Source: Candidatus Levyibacteriota bacterium (GTDB lineage Bacteria; Patescibacteriota; Microgenomatia; Levybacterales; UBA12049). Taken from it: DNA of 64,000 bases. Position 1 is the first letter of the stretch. Each line of letters opens with the position of its first letter. Below are positions 41,330-52,524 of the stretch, one piece after another. The translations under genes and the position numbers were made by a program. The stretch is taken from positions 685,140 through 749,139 of the forward strand of contig PLZJ01000002.1 in NCBI GenBank assembly GCA_003152105.1. Reading direction: 5' to 3'. Below the pieces are notes generated by a model. The model had not been told where the DNA came from. It did not search any database and saw nothing but the letters and a program-made list of their open reading frames with translations.

Positions 41330-42070
41330 ATGATTTCGGCTATAATTTTATCTCATAATTCAGAGCATTCAATAGAAAAAGCCATTAAAAGCGTTATATG
41401 GTGTGATGAAACTATACTTATTGATGATGATTCAAGTGACAAAACAACAGAAATTGCTAGTAAATATAAAATTATCATACATAAACGTAGATTAAATGAT
41501 AATTTTAGTAACCAAAGAAATTTTGGATTACAAATTGCTAAAGGAGATTGGGTGCTTTTCTTAGATTCAGATGAGATAATTTCTACTAATTTACGAAACG
41601 AAATTGTTACATGCATAAAAGAAGACAAATATAATGGATATTATATTTGTCGAGAAGATTATGTTTGGGATATAAAGTTAAAAAATAATGAAATGGGAAG
41701 AGCTTTTAGTATTAGACTTGCAAAAAGAAACAGAGGACAATGGGAGGGAATAGTTCATGAAAAATGGATAATAAGTGGTAATACTAAAAAACTAAATAAC
41801 CCCATATACCACTATCCGCATAAATCAATTTCTTATTTCATCACAAAGATAAATTATTATACGGAACTTAGATCTAAAGAATTATTTAAACGTAAAAAGA
41901 AAGTTCGTTTTTTAGATATCGCAATTTATCCATTAGTAAAATTTTTTCAAGTATATATCATTAAACATGGTTACGAAGATGGAACAGCAGGTATAATTAT
42001 TTCATTTTTAATGTCATTGCATTCTTTTTTAGTTAGAGCAAAGTTATGGCAATTATGGCAAAACCAATAA
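41330..42070 (+). CDS. GT2 beta-1,4-glucosyltransferase-like (WaaE/LgtF type)
   Basis: IDDDSSDKT, FS.QRNFG, WVLFLDSDE, VHE; ATG 41330 (MISAII) preferred. Confidence 0.85.
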   Translation: MISAIILSHNSEHSIEKAIKSVIWCDETILIDDDSSDKTTEIASKYKIIIHKRRLNDNFSNQRNFGLQIAKGDWVLFLDSDEIISTNLRNEIVTCIKEDKYNGYYICREDYVWDIKLKNNEMGRAFSIRLAKRNRGQWEGIVHEKWIISGNTKKLNNPIYHYPHKSISYFITKINYYTELRSKELFKRKKKVRFLDIAIYPLVKFFQVYIIKHGYEDGTAGIIISFLMSLHSFLVRAKLWQLWQNQ

Positions 42071-43497
42071 AGAATTATTTTATTTATATATCTTTAACAT
42101 TTTTAATATTTATTATAGCCATTGCATTTAATATATCTCCTTACTTACGAGGTCCTGGACCGTACCCACCAGATTGGCGCTGGGCTTATTTGTTTGCTAA
42201 CACTATTTATAAAATTTGGGCTCCATTAATTATATTAGTGGTGATAGGAATTTTGATAAAAATTGTTGAGGAACTTGAATTTAAGACATTAATTAAAAAC
42301 ACTAAAATTATAGTTGTATTATTTATTATTAGTTCATTTTTATTTCAAATTAGCATAGTATATTTCAGTAGATCTGGGATTGGTGTTTTATTACATAGAA
42401 TTATTGATCCAAATTTAAATGGATATTTTACTACTTCTTTGCATATTACAAATATTAATACATTTTTAAGCGGCTATTCTCAAAATGTGTTATCTTTTTC
42501 AATGCACGCACAAGGTCATCCGCCTGGAGCGATATTGCTTTACTATTTACTAAACCAAATTTTTAGCCATTTTACATTATTTAATAAGTTCGTAACTTCA
42601 ATACATATTCAGCACCAAGATGTAAATATAGTATGGTCAAATCTTAATACAAGTCAAAAATCTACTGCAATTTTTAGCATGATATTAATTCCTTTTTTAT
42701 CTTCATTGGTTCTCATACCAATCTATTTAAGCACAAAAGCTCTGTATGATATAAAAACAGCTTTAAGAGCGGTTCAGTTATATATATTTATACCTTCAAT
42801 TGTGTTATTTATTCCAATAAATGATGTATTTTTACCACTGTTTACGATGTTTTCATTCACTTTATTAATTTTTGGATTGAAATCACAAAAGTCCTATTTG
42901 GTTTTTCTGTCTGGAATTATTTTTTCATTAGGATTATTTTTTAGTATTTCTATATTACCTGTATTATTAATAATGTTTCTATTTCTTTATTTGTTTAATT
43001 ATAAAAAAAGTATAGCAGCTGGTCTTGTGTTTTATGTAGCAGGTTTACTAGTTGTTCCATTTATATTACTTTTAAACGCAATAGATCCATTGAAAATGTT
43101 TCTTGTCCTAATGAGCGGGCTTCCTAAAGGGAGAAAGTATAGTACTTGGATTGTTTACAATATATATGATTTTTATATTTTTTCTGGTATTCCAGTTCTT
43201 GTATTATTTTTTATATATTTGTGTAACTCTTGTAAACAATTATTTAAGAAAAAAATTCTAAGAGTAGATCTTTTATTTTTAAGTTTTATATTAATGGTTG
43301 TGCTACTAGATGTTTCAGGTAGTGTTAGAGGAGAGGCTGCAAGAATCTGGATACCATTTTATTCATTTTTAGTAATAATCATATCCAAATTTATAACACA
43401 AGATTTACAAATCAACAAAAAATATTTTATGTTCTTGATTTTACTCCAATGTATTCAAATTATTGTAATGCAAGAATTTTGGGTAACCTTATGGTAA
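42046..43497 (+). CDS. GT-C-like polytopic membrane protein with HPPG motif
   Basis: H..GHPPG, E..RIWIPF; about 11 TMs. Confidence 0.62.
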   Translation: MAIMAKPIKNYFIYISLTFLIFIIAIAFNISPYLRGPGPYPPDWRWAYLFANTIYKIWAPLIILVVIGILIKIVEELEFKTLIKNTKIIVVLFIISSFLFQISIVYFSRSGIGVLLHRIIDPNLNGYFTTSLHITNINTFLSGYSQNVLSFSMHAQGHPPGAILLYYLLNQIFSHFTLFNKFVTSIHIQHQDVNIVWSNLNTSQKSTAIFSMILIPFLSSLVLIPIYLSTKALYDIKTALRAVQLYIFIPSIVLFIPINDVFLPLFTMFSFTLLIFGLKSQKSYLVFLSGIIFSLGLFFSISILPVLLIMFLFLYLFNYKKSIAAGLVFYVAGLLVVPFILLLNAIDPLKMFLVLMSGLPKGRKYSTWIVYNIYDFYIFSGIPVLVLFFIYLCNSCKQLFKKKILRVDLLFLSFILMVVLLDVSGSVRGEAARIWIPFYSFLVIIISKFITQDLQINKKYFMFLILLQCIQIIVMQEFWVTLW

Positions 43498-43607
43498 AGA
43501 AAAGATATATATTACAATTGCTATTTATGCTTTATGCAGTTTTCTTATTAGTATTTTACTTATTTTATTTATACTGCCGTGTAAAAATATGTATCTATTT
43601 GCCTTAA
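43491..43607 (+). CDS. Small 38-aa single-TM protein, below the ORF track cutoff
   Basis: MVKKRYILQLLFMLYAVFLLVFYLFYLYCRVKICIYLP*; overlaps the upstream stop and the downstream start. Confidence 0.5.
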   Translation: MVKKRYILQLLFMLYAVFLLVFYLFYLYCRVKICIYLP

Positions 43608-45142
43608 GTATTGGATTATACTCATATGTCATTTTTGCACTTGGTTTGTTAGGACTAATAAATAAAGTTAGTATTTTTATTGCAACAACACTTTATGTTG
43701 CAGTAGTTCTATATGCCTTAGCTGAGAAAATACACTTTAAAAATTCTTTTCCAATATCTCTAAATAAAAAGAATAATATATACTTATTGCTTTTGAGTTT
43801 GTTAATTTGCGTTAATATAGTTGGTGTATTAGGACCTGAACTTTCTTTTGATTCACTTTGGTATCATTTAGTATTTCCAAAATTATATATTTTCTATCAT
43901 ACAATAACGTATATACCCGGTGGTCTACTTTATTATAGTACTATGCCTAAACTTGGAGAAATGTTATTTATTCCTATTTTGCTTTTTTCAAATGAATTAT
44001 TTGTTAAAGGCATAGAATTTTTATTTGGACTAGCAGTTGTACTATGTCTTTATAAATTTGCGAGGCAATATTTTTCGAGCACCATTTCAATACTTGTTTG
44101 CATAGTTTTTTATAGTAATCTAGTTGTTTCGTGGGAATCTATTACCTCGTATACTGATTTAATTTGGACTTTCTTTAGCATACTTGCTTTTATGTCATTT
44201 ATTTCTTGGAGTAAATCAAAAAATATTAAATTTTTGATATTTTCTTCATTATTAACAGGATTTGCCATAACGACAAAAGTTATTGCGATTGAAGCAATTT
44301 TGCCTTATATTCTCCTTCTTGCAACGCAAAGTAAGTCCTACAAATCTATCTATGTTATTTTATTATATACAGGAGGATGCTTACTTATACCACTACCTTG
44401 GTTTGTATTTTCTTATATGCATACGGGTAATGCATTTTACCCTTTCTTTTCAGAATTATACCCCATTCATATAATTAGGCTTAATTTGTATACAATATTA
44501 AAACTAATACTAACTCCTGCAGATCCTATTTCCCCTATTTATATAATAGTTATTCCATTTATTTTTGCGTATTTTTCAAAATTTAGATCTGAATTTAAAA
44601 TAGCAACAATCTTTGCTTTTACTATATTCTTACTTTGGATTTTTATACCACAAGATGGAGATACTCGCTTCTTAATGCCATATTTACCTGTATTTTCCTT
44701 GATTGTTGGAGAAATACTTTATTTATCGAAAAAAAGTTCATATTTTACCTTGTTAAGTTTTATTATTATTTTAATTTGTATAGTAAGTATTACATATCGT
44801 TCATTAGCAAATATCAAATATATACCATATATTTTAGGAGTTGAGTCTAAAAGTGAATTTTTATTAAACAATTTGAATTTTAAATATGGTGATTTTTATG
44901 ATACTGATGATTACTTTGCAATTCATATACATAAAAATGTTTTGCTATACGGTTTTCATAATTTATATTACATTGATTTTCCTTTTATTGACAATACCTG
45001 GATTAAAAAGGGAGACAAATTTTATTATGTAGCTGTACAACATGGTACAATACCTAGGTTATTCCACAAAGCTACATTAACCTACATAAATAGAGTCACT
45101 GATGTACGGTTATACTTTGTTGGAAAAACAGTTTGGAAATGA
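43589..45142 (+). CDS. GT-C-type membrane glycosyltransferase (ArnT-like)
   Basis: FDSLWYHL..PK, P..GEML, YTD, TK, PW......TGN..YP, RFLMP. Confidence 0.75.
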   Translation: MYLFALSIGLYSYVIFALGLLGLINKVSIFIATTLYVAVVLYALAEKIHFKNSFPISLNKKNNIYLLLLSLLICVNIVGVLGPELSFDSLWYHLVFPKLYIFYHTITYIPGGLLYYSTMPKLGEMLFIPILLFSNELFVKGIEFLFGLAVVLCLYKFARQYFSSTISILVCIVFYSNLVVSWESITSYTDLIWTFFSILAFMSFISWSKSKNIKFLIFSSLLTGFAITTKVIAIEAILPYILLLATQSKSYKSIYVILLYTGGCLLIPLPWFVFSYMHTGNAFYPFFSELYPIHIIRLNLYTILKLILTPADPISPIYIIVIPFIFAYFSKFRSEFKIATIFAFTIFLLWIFIPQDGDTRFLMPYLPVFSLIVGEILYLSKKSSYFTLLSFIIILICIVSITYRSLANIKYIPYILGVESKSEFLLNNLNFKYGDFYDTDDYFAIHIHKNVLLYGFHNLYYIDFPFIDNTWIKKGDKFYYVAVQHGTIPRLFHKATLTYINRVTDVRLYFVGKTVWK

Positions 45143-46326
45143 AAAACGTTGCATTCTTATCTTCTTTGTTAGTTCTGACAGTTGCTTTAATTTTAAATCA
45201 ATTTGCTCGAATTCAATTTGGTTCAATTGCTATTTCACTCATAGATATTAGCGTTGTCTTTTTACTCATTAGCAGAGGTAATTTAGTAAAGGAAATTAAA
45301 AAACATCAACTATCTAAATCGATTTTATATTTTGAGGTTGCATGTTTACTATCTTTACTTCTTAATATATTTAATTTTCAATTAGTTTTAATTGTTATTG
45401 GATCATTATATTTTATGCGTTGGATAGTTTATTCGAGTGTTGTTTTCAAAATTAATGCTTATTCTAAACGTCATCAGAGATATCTTGTTAATTCCATGGT
45501 TACTATTGGCGTATTTTTACTTCTCTTAGGATTTTTGCAATATGTTTACTACGATAATTTACAAAATTTGTATTATCTAGGTTGGGATAAACATTTATAC
45601 CGATTATTTACTACTTTTCTAGATCCCAATTTCGCGGGAGCGTTTTTTTCATTATTTAGTGTTTTACTTGCAGAACTCATTTTTGTTAATTTCAATTTAA
45701 AACATACTCTGCGACTTATCGGTTATTCATATTTGTTTACGATTACTTGTTTAGCGCTGTTTCTTACGTACTCCAGAAGTGCATTATTAATGTTTCTCTT
45801 TATTTTTATAATATATTTCTTCTTAAAAAGAAAGCTGCGATTTATTTTTGGCATAGTAATGTTGCTTTTAATTTATTTTATGATTGCATCTACTAAATTT
45901 AGTGTTGAAGGATTTAATTTATTAAGAAGCGTATCTTCAGAAGCACGACTGGCAACAAGTTCCGAAGCTATTACTATATTTTTACACAATCCAATAATTG
46001 GTATAGGATTTAACACATATAGATATGAACAAGTAAAATATGGATATAGGAGTATTAAAGGAGCAAGCATCAGTCACTCTGATGCTGGTGTGGACAATAG
46101 TTTTCTATTCATATTAGCAACAACGGGAATCGTTGGTTTTTTATTTTACTTCAATTTATTGTACGCAATATGCAGTTATTTATATAAGAAAAAAACTTCT
46201 TTCTCAATTATTGCACTTTCTTCATTATTTGGATTATTAATCGATAGCATTTTTATTAATAGTTTATTTTATCCGTTTTTTATGATTTGGTTATGGTGTT
46301 TGATAGGGCTTAGGGATTATATGTAA
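45139..46326 (+). CDS. O-antigen ligase / Wzy_C family protein
   Basis: R...TFLDPNF.G, LTYSRSA, R......A...F..NPIIGIGF, DNSFL.ILATTGIVG; ATGA overlap at 45139. Confidence 0.85.
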   Translation: MKNVAFLSSLLVLTVALILNQFARIQFGSIAISLIDISVVFLLISRGNLVKEIKKHQLSKSILYFEVACLLSLLLNIFNFQLVLIVIGSLYFMRWIVYSSVVFKINAYSKRHQRYLVNSMVTIGVFLLLLGFLQYVYYDNLQNLYYLGWDKHLYRLFTTFLDPNFAGAFFSLFSVLLAELIFVNFNLKHTLRLIGYSYLFTITCLALFLTYSRSALLMFLFIFIIYFFLKRKLRFIFGIVMLLLIYFMIASTKFSVEGFNLLRSVSSEARLATSSEAITIFLHNPIIGIGFNTYRYEQVKYGYRSIKGASISHSDAGVDNSFLFILATTGIVGFLFYFNLLYAICSYLYKKKTSFSIIALSSLFGLLIDSIFINSLFYPFFMIWLWCLIGLRDYM

Positions 46327-47035
46327 CTTTAATTTGCTTATCTGTTTTGTTTCCAGCTTGATCAGTGGATTCGATAGTAATATGAGTGTCTCCGCCGTTT
46401 TGTAAGGTAAGTATATAATTATAGTTGCCGTTCTCATCAATAGTTGCTTGATATCCGTTTACTGTTACCGTTGTATTTGGATCAGTAGTACCTTTAATAG
46501 TAATTGGATTTTGATCTTTTGAAAATGTTGAACCATCAGTTGGACTTGAGATGGTTAAGTTAGGAGGTTTGTTTAAGTAAGAAATCGATATTGTATTTGA
46601 ATTATTACTATCATTTAAATTTTTTTCCGCTTTTGCACTAAATTGGTTATTTCCTTGGGTAAGTGAGATATTCGTAAAAGTAAAACTTCCGTCAGTATTT
46701 GTACTTATATTTGTTACAAAATTGTTATTATTGTAGAGTTTTATTGTTTCTCCATTACTTGCGTTACCAGTAATAGTAATAGTATTGTTTTTTGTCGCGT
46801 TTGGAAGAGAATTTAAAGTCGGAGGAGCTATATAAGTTGGGGCAGTCGATTTGCTATTTGTAGAGAATGACGAATTTTGGCTTGAAGAAAATGAGCTAAT
46901 ACCTAGAATTAATGGAATACCAAACTTTACAACTATAATGACAACTATAATTATACCAATTATTGTAAAAATAATGTAGCGTTTGGTTTGATTTTCTAGC
47001 TTTTTTTCTAAACGTGACTCGTATCTTCTGTTCAT
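46310..47035 (-). CDS. Membrane-anchored surface protein with a Ser/Thr linker and two Ig-like domains
   Basis: Basic N-terminus, one TM, S/T-rich linker, beta-rich repeats (ITITG...DGSF.F..L..G.N; PP.LTI.SP.DG...D.AGN). Confidence 0.78.
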   Translation of the reverse strand: MNRRYESRLEKKLENQTKRYIIFTIIGIIIVVIIVVKFGIPLILGISSFSSSQNSSFSTNSKSTAPTYIAPPTLNSLPNATKNNTITITGNASNGETIKLYNNNNFVTNISTNTDGSFTFTNISLTQGNNQFSAKAEKNLNDSNNSNTISISYLNKPPNLTISSPTDGSTFSKDQNPITIKGTTDPNTTVTVNGYQATIDENGNYNYILTLQNGGDTHITIESTDQAGNKTDKQIKVTYNP

Positions 47036-47036
47036 G

Positions 47037-47107
47037 AGCCGATAAGCAGAATCGAACTGCTATTTAAGCTTTACGAAAGCCTTGTTCTACCATTTAACTA
47101 TATCGGC
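47037..47107 (-). tRNA. tRNA-Thr(CGT), CCA not encoded
   Basis: GCCGATA/TATCGGC acceptor, AGGCT-TTCGTAA-AGCTT anticodon arm, AGCAG-TTCGATT-CTGCT T arm; upstream TTGCGA-N17-TACAAT. Confidence 0.92.
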
Positions 47108-47138
47108 ATTTTGTAGTATTGTATGAAATTTTTAGTTT

Positions 47139-47161
47139 TATCGCAAATATATTTGCCGATA
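47139..47161. terminator. Hairpin downstream of atpC, possible terminator
   Basis: TATCGCAAATATATTTGCCGATA imperfect palindrome; no good U-tract on the minus strand. Confidence 0.35.
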
Positions 47162-47163
47162 TA

Positions 47164-47571
47164 TTATTTGGGTTTATAATGTCTTGCAACTTTCAACTCT
47201 GCAATTGCACGTACAAATTCTTTTTCAATTTCAGCATAATCTATATCTCCAACCTTCTCACTCATAAGTTTTTCAGCACGTTTTTTTGCTTCTTCAGCTT
47301 TGGTTATATTAATATCTTGTGCGTGAATTGCATAATCTGCGAGAATGGTGAGTTGGTTATTGCTAACTTCTATAAAACCTCCTGTTACCGCTAAGTGCTG
47401 CGATTGCCCTTTTGTTTTAATTTCAAGTTCTCCTGGAACTAATTTAGAAAGGAGAGGAGTGTGTTCCGGTAAAACTCCTATAATACCTTCTTCTGTTGGA
47501 ATAATCACTTCATCTACCTCACCTTGGTAAATTACTTGTGATGGAGTGATGATGGATAAATGTAGTTTCAT
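47164..47571 (-). CDS. atpC: ATP synthase F1 epsilon
   Basis: IITP, GVLPEHTP, GGFIEV, ILAD. Confidence 0.95.
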   Translation of the reverse strand: MKLHLSIITPSQVIYQGEVDEVIIPTEEGIIGVLPEHTPLLSKLVPGELEIKTKGQSQHLAVTGGFIEVSNNQLTILADYAIHAQDINITKAEEAKKRAEKLMSEKVGDIDYAEIEKEFVRAIAELKVARHYKPK

Positions 47572-47574
47572 AGC

Positions 47575-49861
<2,287 letters not shown>

Positions 49862-49870
49862 ACGTATACG

Positions 49871-51403
49871 TTAATCTTTAAATCCTTTTTTAAATTCTTT
49901 GCTTGCTTTGTCTAACTCTTTTTTAGTATCTTCGTTAATTTTATTTCCTTCAGCGAGTGTCTTTGCAATTGATTTATAATTTTTATCAATAAAACGAATA
50001 AATTCATGAATAAATCTCACACAATTTTCAACTTTAACATCGTCTAGATAGCCCTTTGTTACAGCCCAAATACTTAGTACTTCATTATTTTCTGCTAATG
50101 GTTGATATTGCGCTTGCTTGAGTATTTCCGTAGTTCTCTGACCCCTATCAAGAAGTTTTTTAGTTGCATTATCAAGTTCACTACCAAATTGCGAAAATGC
50201 AGCCAATTCTCTATACTGCGCTAAATCTAATTTCATGCTACCAGCAACTGATTTCATTGTTCCAGTCTGCGCAGCTCCTCCGACTCTTGATACTGATATA
50301 CCAACGTTTATAGCTGGTCTAATACCTGAATTAAATAAATCAGCTTCTAAAAAGATTTGTCCATCAGTAATAGATATAACATTAGTTGGAATATAAGCTG
50401 ATACATCTCCTGCTTGTGTTTCAATGATTGGTAGAGCCGTGATAGAACCACTTCCGTTTTTCTTGTTTAACCTAACAGCTCTTTCTAAAAGTCTACTGTG
50501 TAAATAAAATACGTCTCCAGGATAAGCTTCTCGGCCCGCAGGTCTTTTTAAAACCAATGTTAGCTGTCTATATGCCCACGCGTGTTTAGTTAAATCATCA
50601 TATACAATTAACACATCTTCACCTTTTTCCATAAAATATTCAGCGATTGCAACTCCTGAATATGGTGCTAAATACTGAAGTGCTGCAGGATCAGAAGCAC
50701 TTGCTATAACGACTATTGAATATTTAATTGCTTCCGTTTCCTTTAATTTGTTTATTACTTGAGCTACCGATGTTAATTTTTGACCAATTGCGACATAAAT
50801 ACATATTACTTGCTTTAAGTTTCTTTCTTGTTTTTTTTGATTTAGGATCGTATCGATTGCGATTGCAGTTTTTCCAAGACCTCTATCTCCAATAATAAGT
50901 TCTCTTTGTCCTCTTCCAATAGGAAACATTGCATCTATTGAAGTAATACCGGTTTTTAATGGTGTATCGACTCCTTGTCTATCCACAACTCCAGCTGCAA
51001 TTTTTTCCAAAGGCATGTCTTTGCCTTTTTTAATTGATGTCTTCCCATCAAGGGGTAGTCCAAGAGGATTGACAATTCTACCCAATAATTCTTCCGAAAC
51101 TTTTATGCTTAAGATTTTTCCTGTTCTTTTTGCAATTTGCCCTTCAACGATTGATGATCCAGGACCAAGCAGTACAACTGATACATAATCTTCATCCAGT
51201 CCAAGTACTAATCCGTTTATATTTCCTTCAAATTCTATTATTTCTCCTATTTCTGCTTTTGATAACCCTGAAATGGTAATAACGCCGTCAGTATTTTTTT
51301 CTACTTTTCCAATATTTTGTACTTTGGGATCAGATGAAAATGTCTGAAGGTTTTTTTCTAATTCTTTAATAATTTCGTTATCGTTAATCATAGCTTTGTT
51401 CAA
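49871..51403 (-). CDS. atpA: ATP synthase F1 alpha
   Basis: GRGQRELIIGDR..GKT, GREAYPGDVFYLHSRLLERA. Confidence 0.98.
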   Translation of the reverse strand: MNKAMINDNEIIKELEKNLQTFSSDPKVQNIGKVEKNTDGVITISGLSKAEIGEIIEFEGNINGLVLGLDEDYVSVVLLGPGSSIVEGQIAKRTGKILSIKVSEELLGRIVNPLGLPLDGKTSIKKGKDMPLEKIAAGVVDRQGVDTPLKTGITSIDAMFPIGRGQRELIIGDRGLGKTAIAIDTILNQKKQERNLKQVICIYVAIGQKLTSVAQVINKLKETEAIKYSIVVIASASDPAALQYLAPYSGVAIAEYFMEKGEDVLIVYDDLTKHAWAYRQLTLVLKRPAGREAYPGDVFYLHSRLLERAVRLNKKNGSGSITALPIIETQAGDVSAYIPTNVISITDGQIFLEADLFNSGIRPAINVGISVSRVGGAAQTGTMKSVAGSMKLDLAQYRELAAFSQFGSELDNATKKLLDRGQRTTEILKQAQYQPLAENNEVLSIWAVTKGYLDDVKVENCVRFIHEFIRFIDKNYKSIAKTLAEGNKINEDTKKELDKASKEFKKGFKD

Positions 51404-51740
51404 TATAGGTTATTATCTTTTGTATTCTATCACGTAAACTGACTTCATATAATAAATCGCCTACAGTAATTCGAATTCCAGGGTTTATTGATGGATTTAT
51501 ATCATAAAGTACTTTTTTATTTGGAAAAAGCGAGTGAATATTATCGCTGAAATTAGTGTCTGGCTTACTTGGTAGTGTAACATACACATTATTTGCATTT
51601 TCATTTAAACGCAATGCTTTAATAAACTGCTTTAATTCACTTCGTTTAAGTTGTCCTGCTATTAATGATGTTTTATTTCTATCAAGAACAGCATTTGAGT
51701 AACTTTGAGACAATAATTTTTGTAATTGTTTTTTTGTCAT
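51384..51740 (-). CDS. atpH: ATP synthase delta, shortened and divergent
   Basis: Position between atpF and atpA; C-terminal INPSI..GIRI.VGD...E.SL. Confidence 0.75.
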   Translation of the reverse strand: MTKKQLQKLLSQSYSNAVLDRNKTSLIAGQLKRSELKQFIKALRLNENANNVYVTLPSKPDTNFSDNIHSLFPNKKVLYDINPSINPGIRITVGDLLYEVSLRDRIQKIITYIEQSYD

Positions 51741-51743
51741 ATA

Positions 51744-52250
51744 TTAATTATATTCTGATTTAAATTTTTTAAGCGCAATGCTAACTAGGTTCTTTTGCAT
51801 TTTATCATCAAACAAATCATTAGTAGATTTTTCTAAAAAGTCTTGCATTACGGAGCTAAGTTTTAAAAATAATTTCTTTTCAACTGTTTTACGCTCAAGT
51901 TCTATTAATGCTTTAGCTTCATCAAGTTCTATGCTTGCTTGTTTTTTTGCCTGTGCTTGAGAATTTTGAATGATTTCAAAAGCTTCATTTTTAGCATCAC
52001 TTATTATTTTTTGTGCTTTTTTATTTGCTTCTTTTAAAATCTCATCTTCATTCTCTTTTGCTTTTTCTAGTAGTTTTTTGCTTTCTTCAGCTTGTATTAA
52101 ACCTTGAATAATCGCATCCTTGCGTTTTTGAAGCATGTTAAAAACAGGCTTATATAAGAACCGCTTTAATAAATAGAGTACTATTAAAAAATTAACGATT
52201 TCCGCTACTAAAAGATATAAATTTATTCCAAATGTTTGAAAAATACTCAT
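51744..52250 (-). CDS. atpF: ATP synthase F0 subunit b
   Basis: IVNFLIV..LL.RFLYKP...ML.KR followed by a coiled coil. Confidence 0.93.
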   Translation of the reverse strand: MSIFQTFGINLYLLVAEIVNFLIVLYLLKRFLYKPVFNMLQKRKDAIIQGLIQAEESKKLLEKAKENEDEILKEANKKAQKIISDAKNEAFEIIQNSQAQAKKQASIELDEAKALIELERKTVEKKLFLKLSSVMQDFLEKSTNDLFDDKMQKNLVSIALKKFKSEYN

Positions 52251-52314
52251 ATGTTTTTACCACAGTTATAAATTGTTTTTAAGGTAGAAAAAGAATAATA
52301 TCTTTGTACCTATT

Positions 52315-52524
<210 letters not shown>

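Noticed and set aside
11941-47107. Integrative mobile element at the tRNAs
   Set aside because: No integrase or transposase, and no long tRNA 3' duplication seen by eye; treated as a variable locus only
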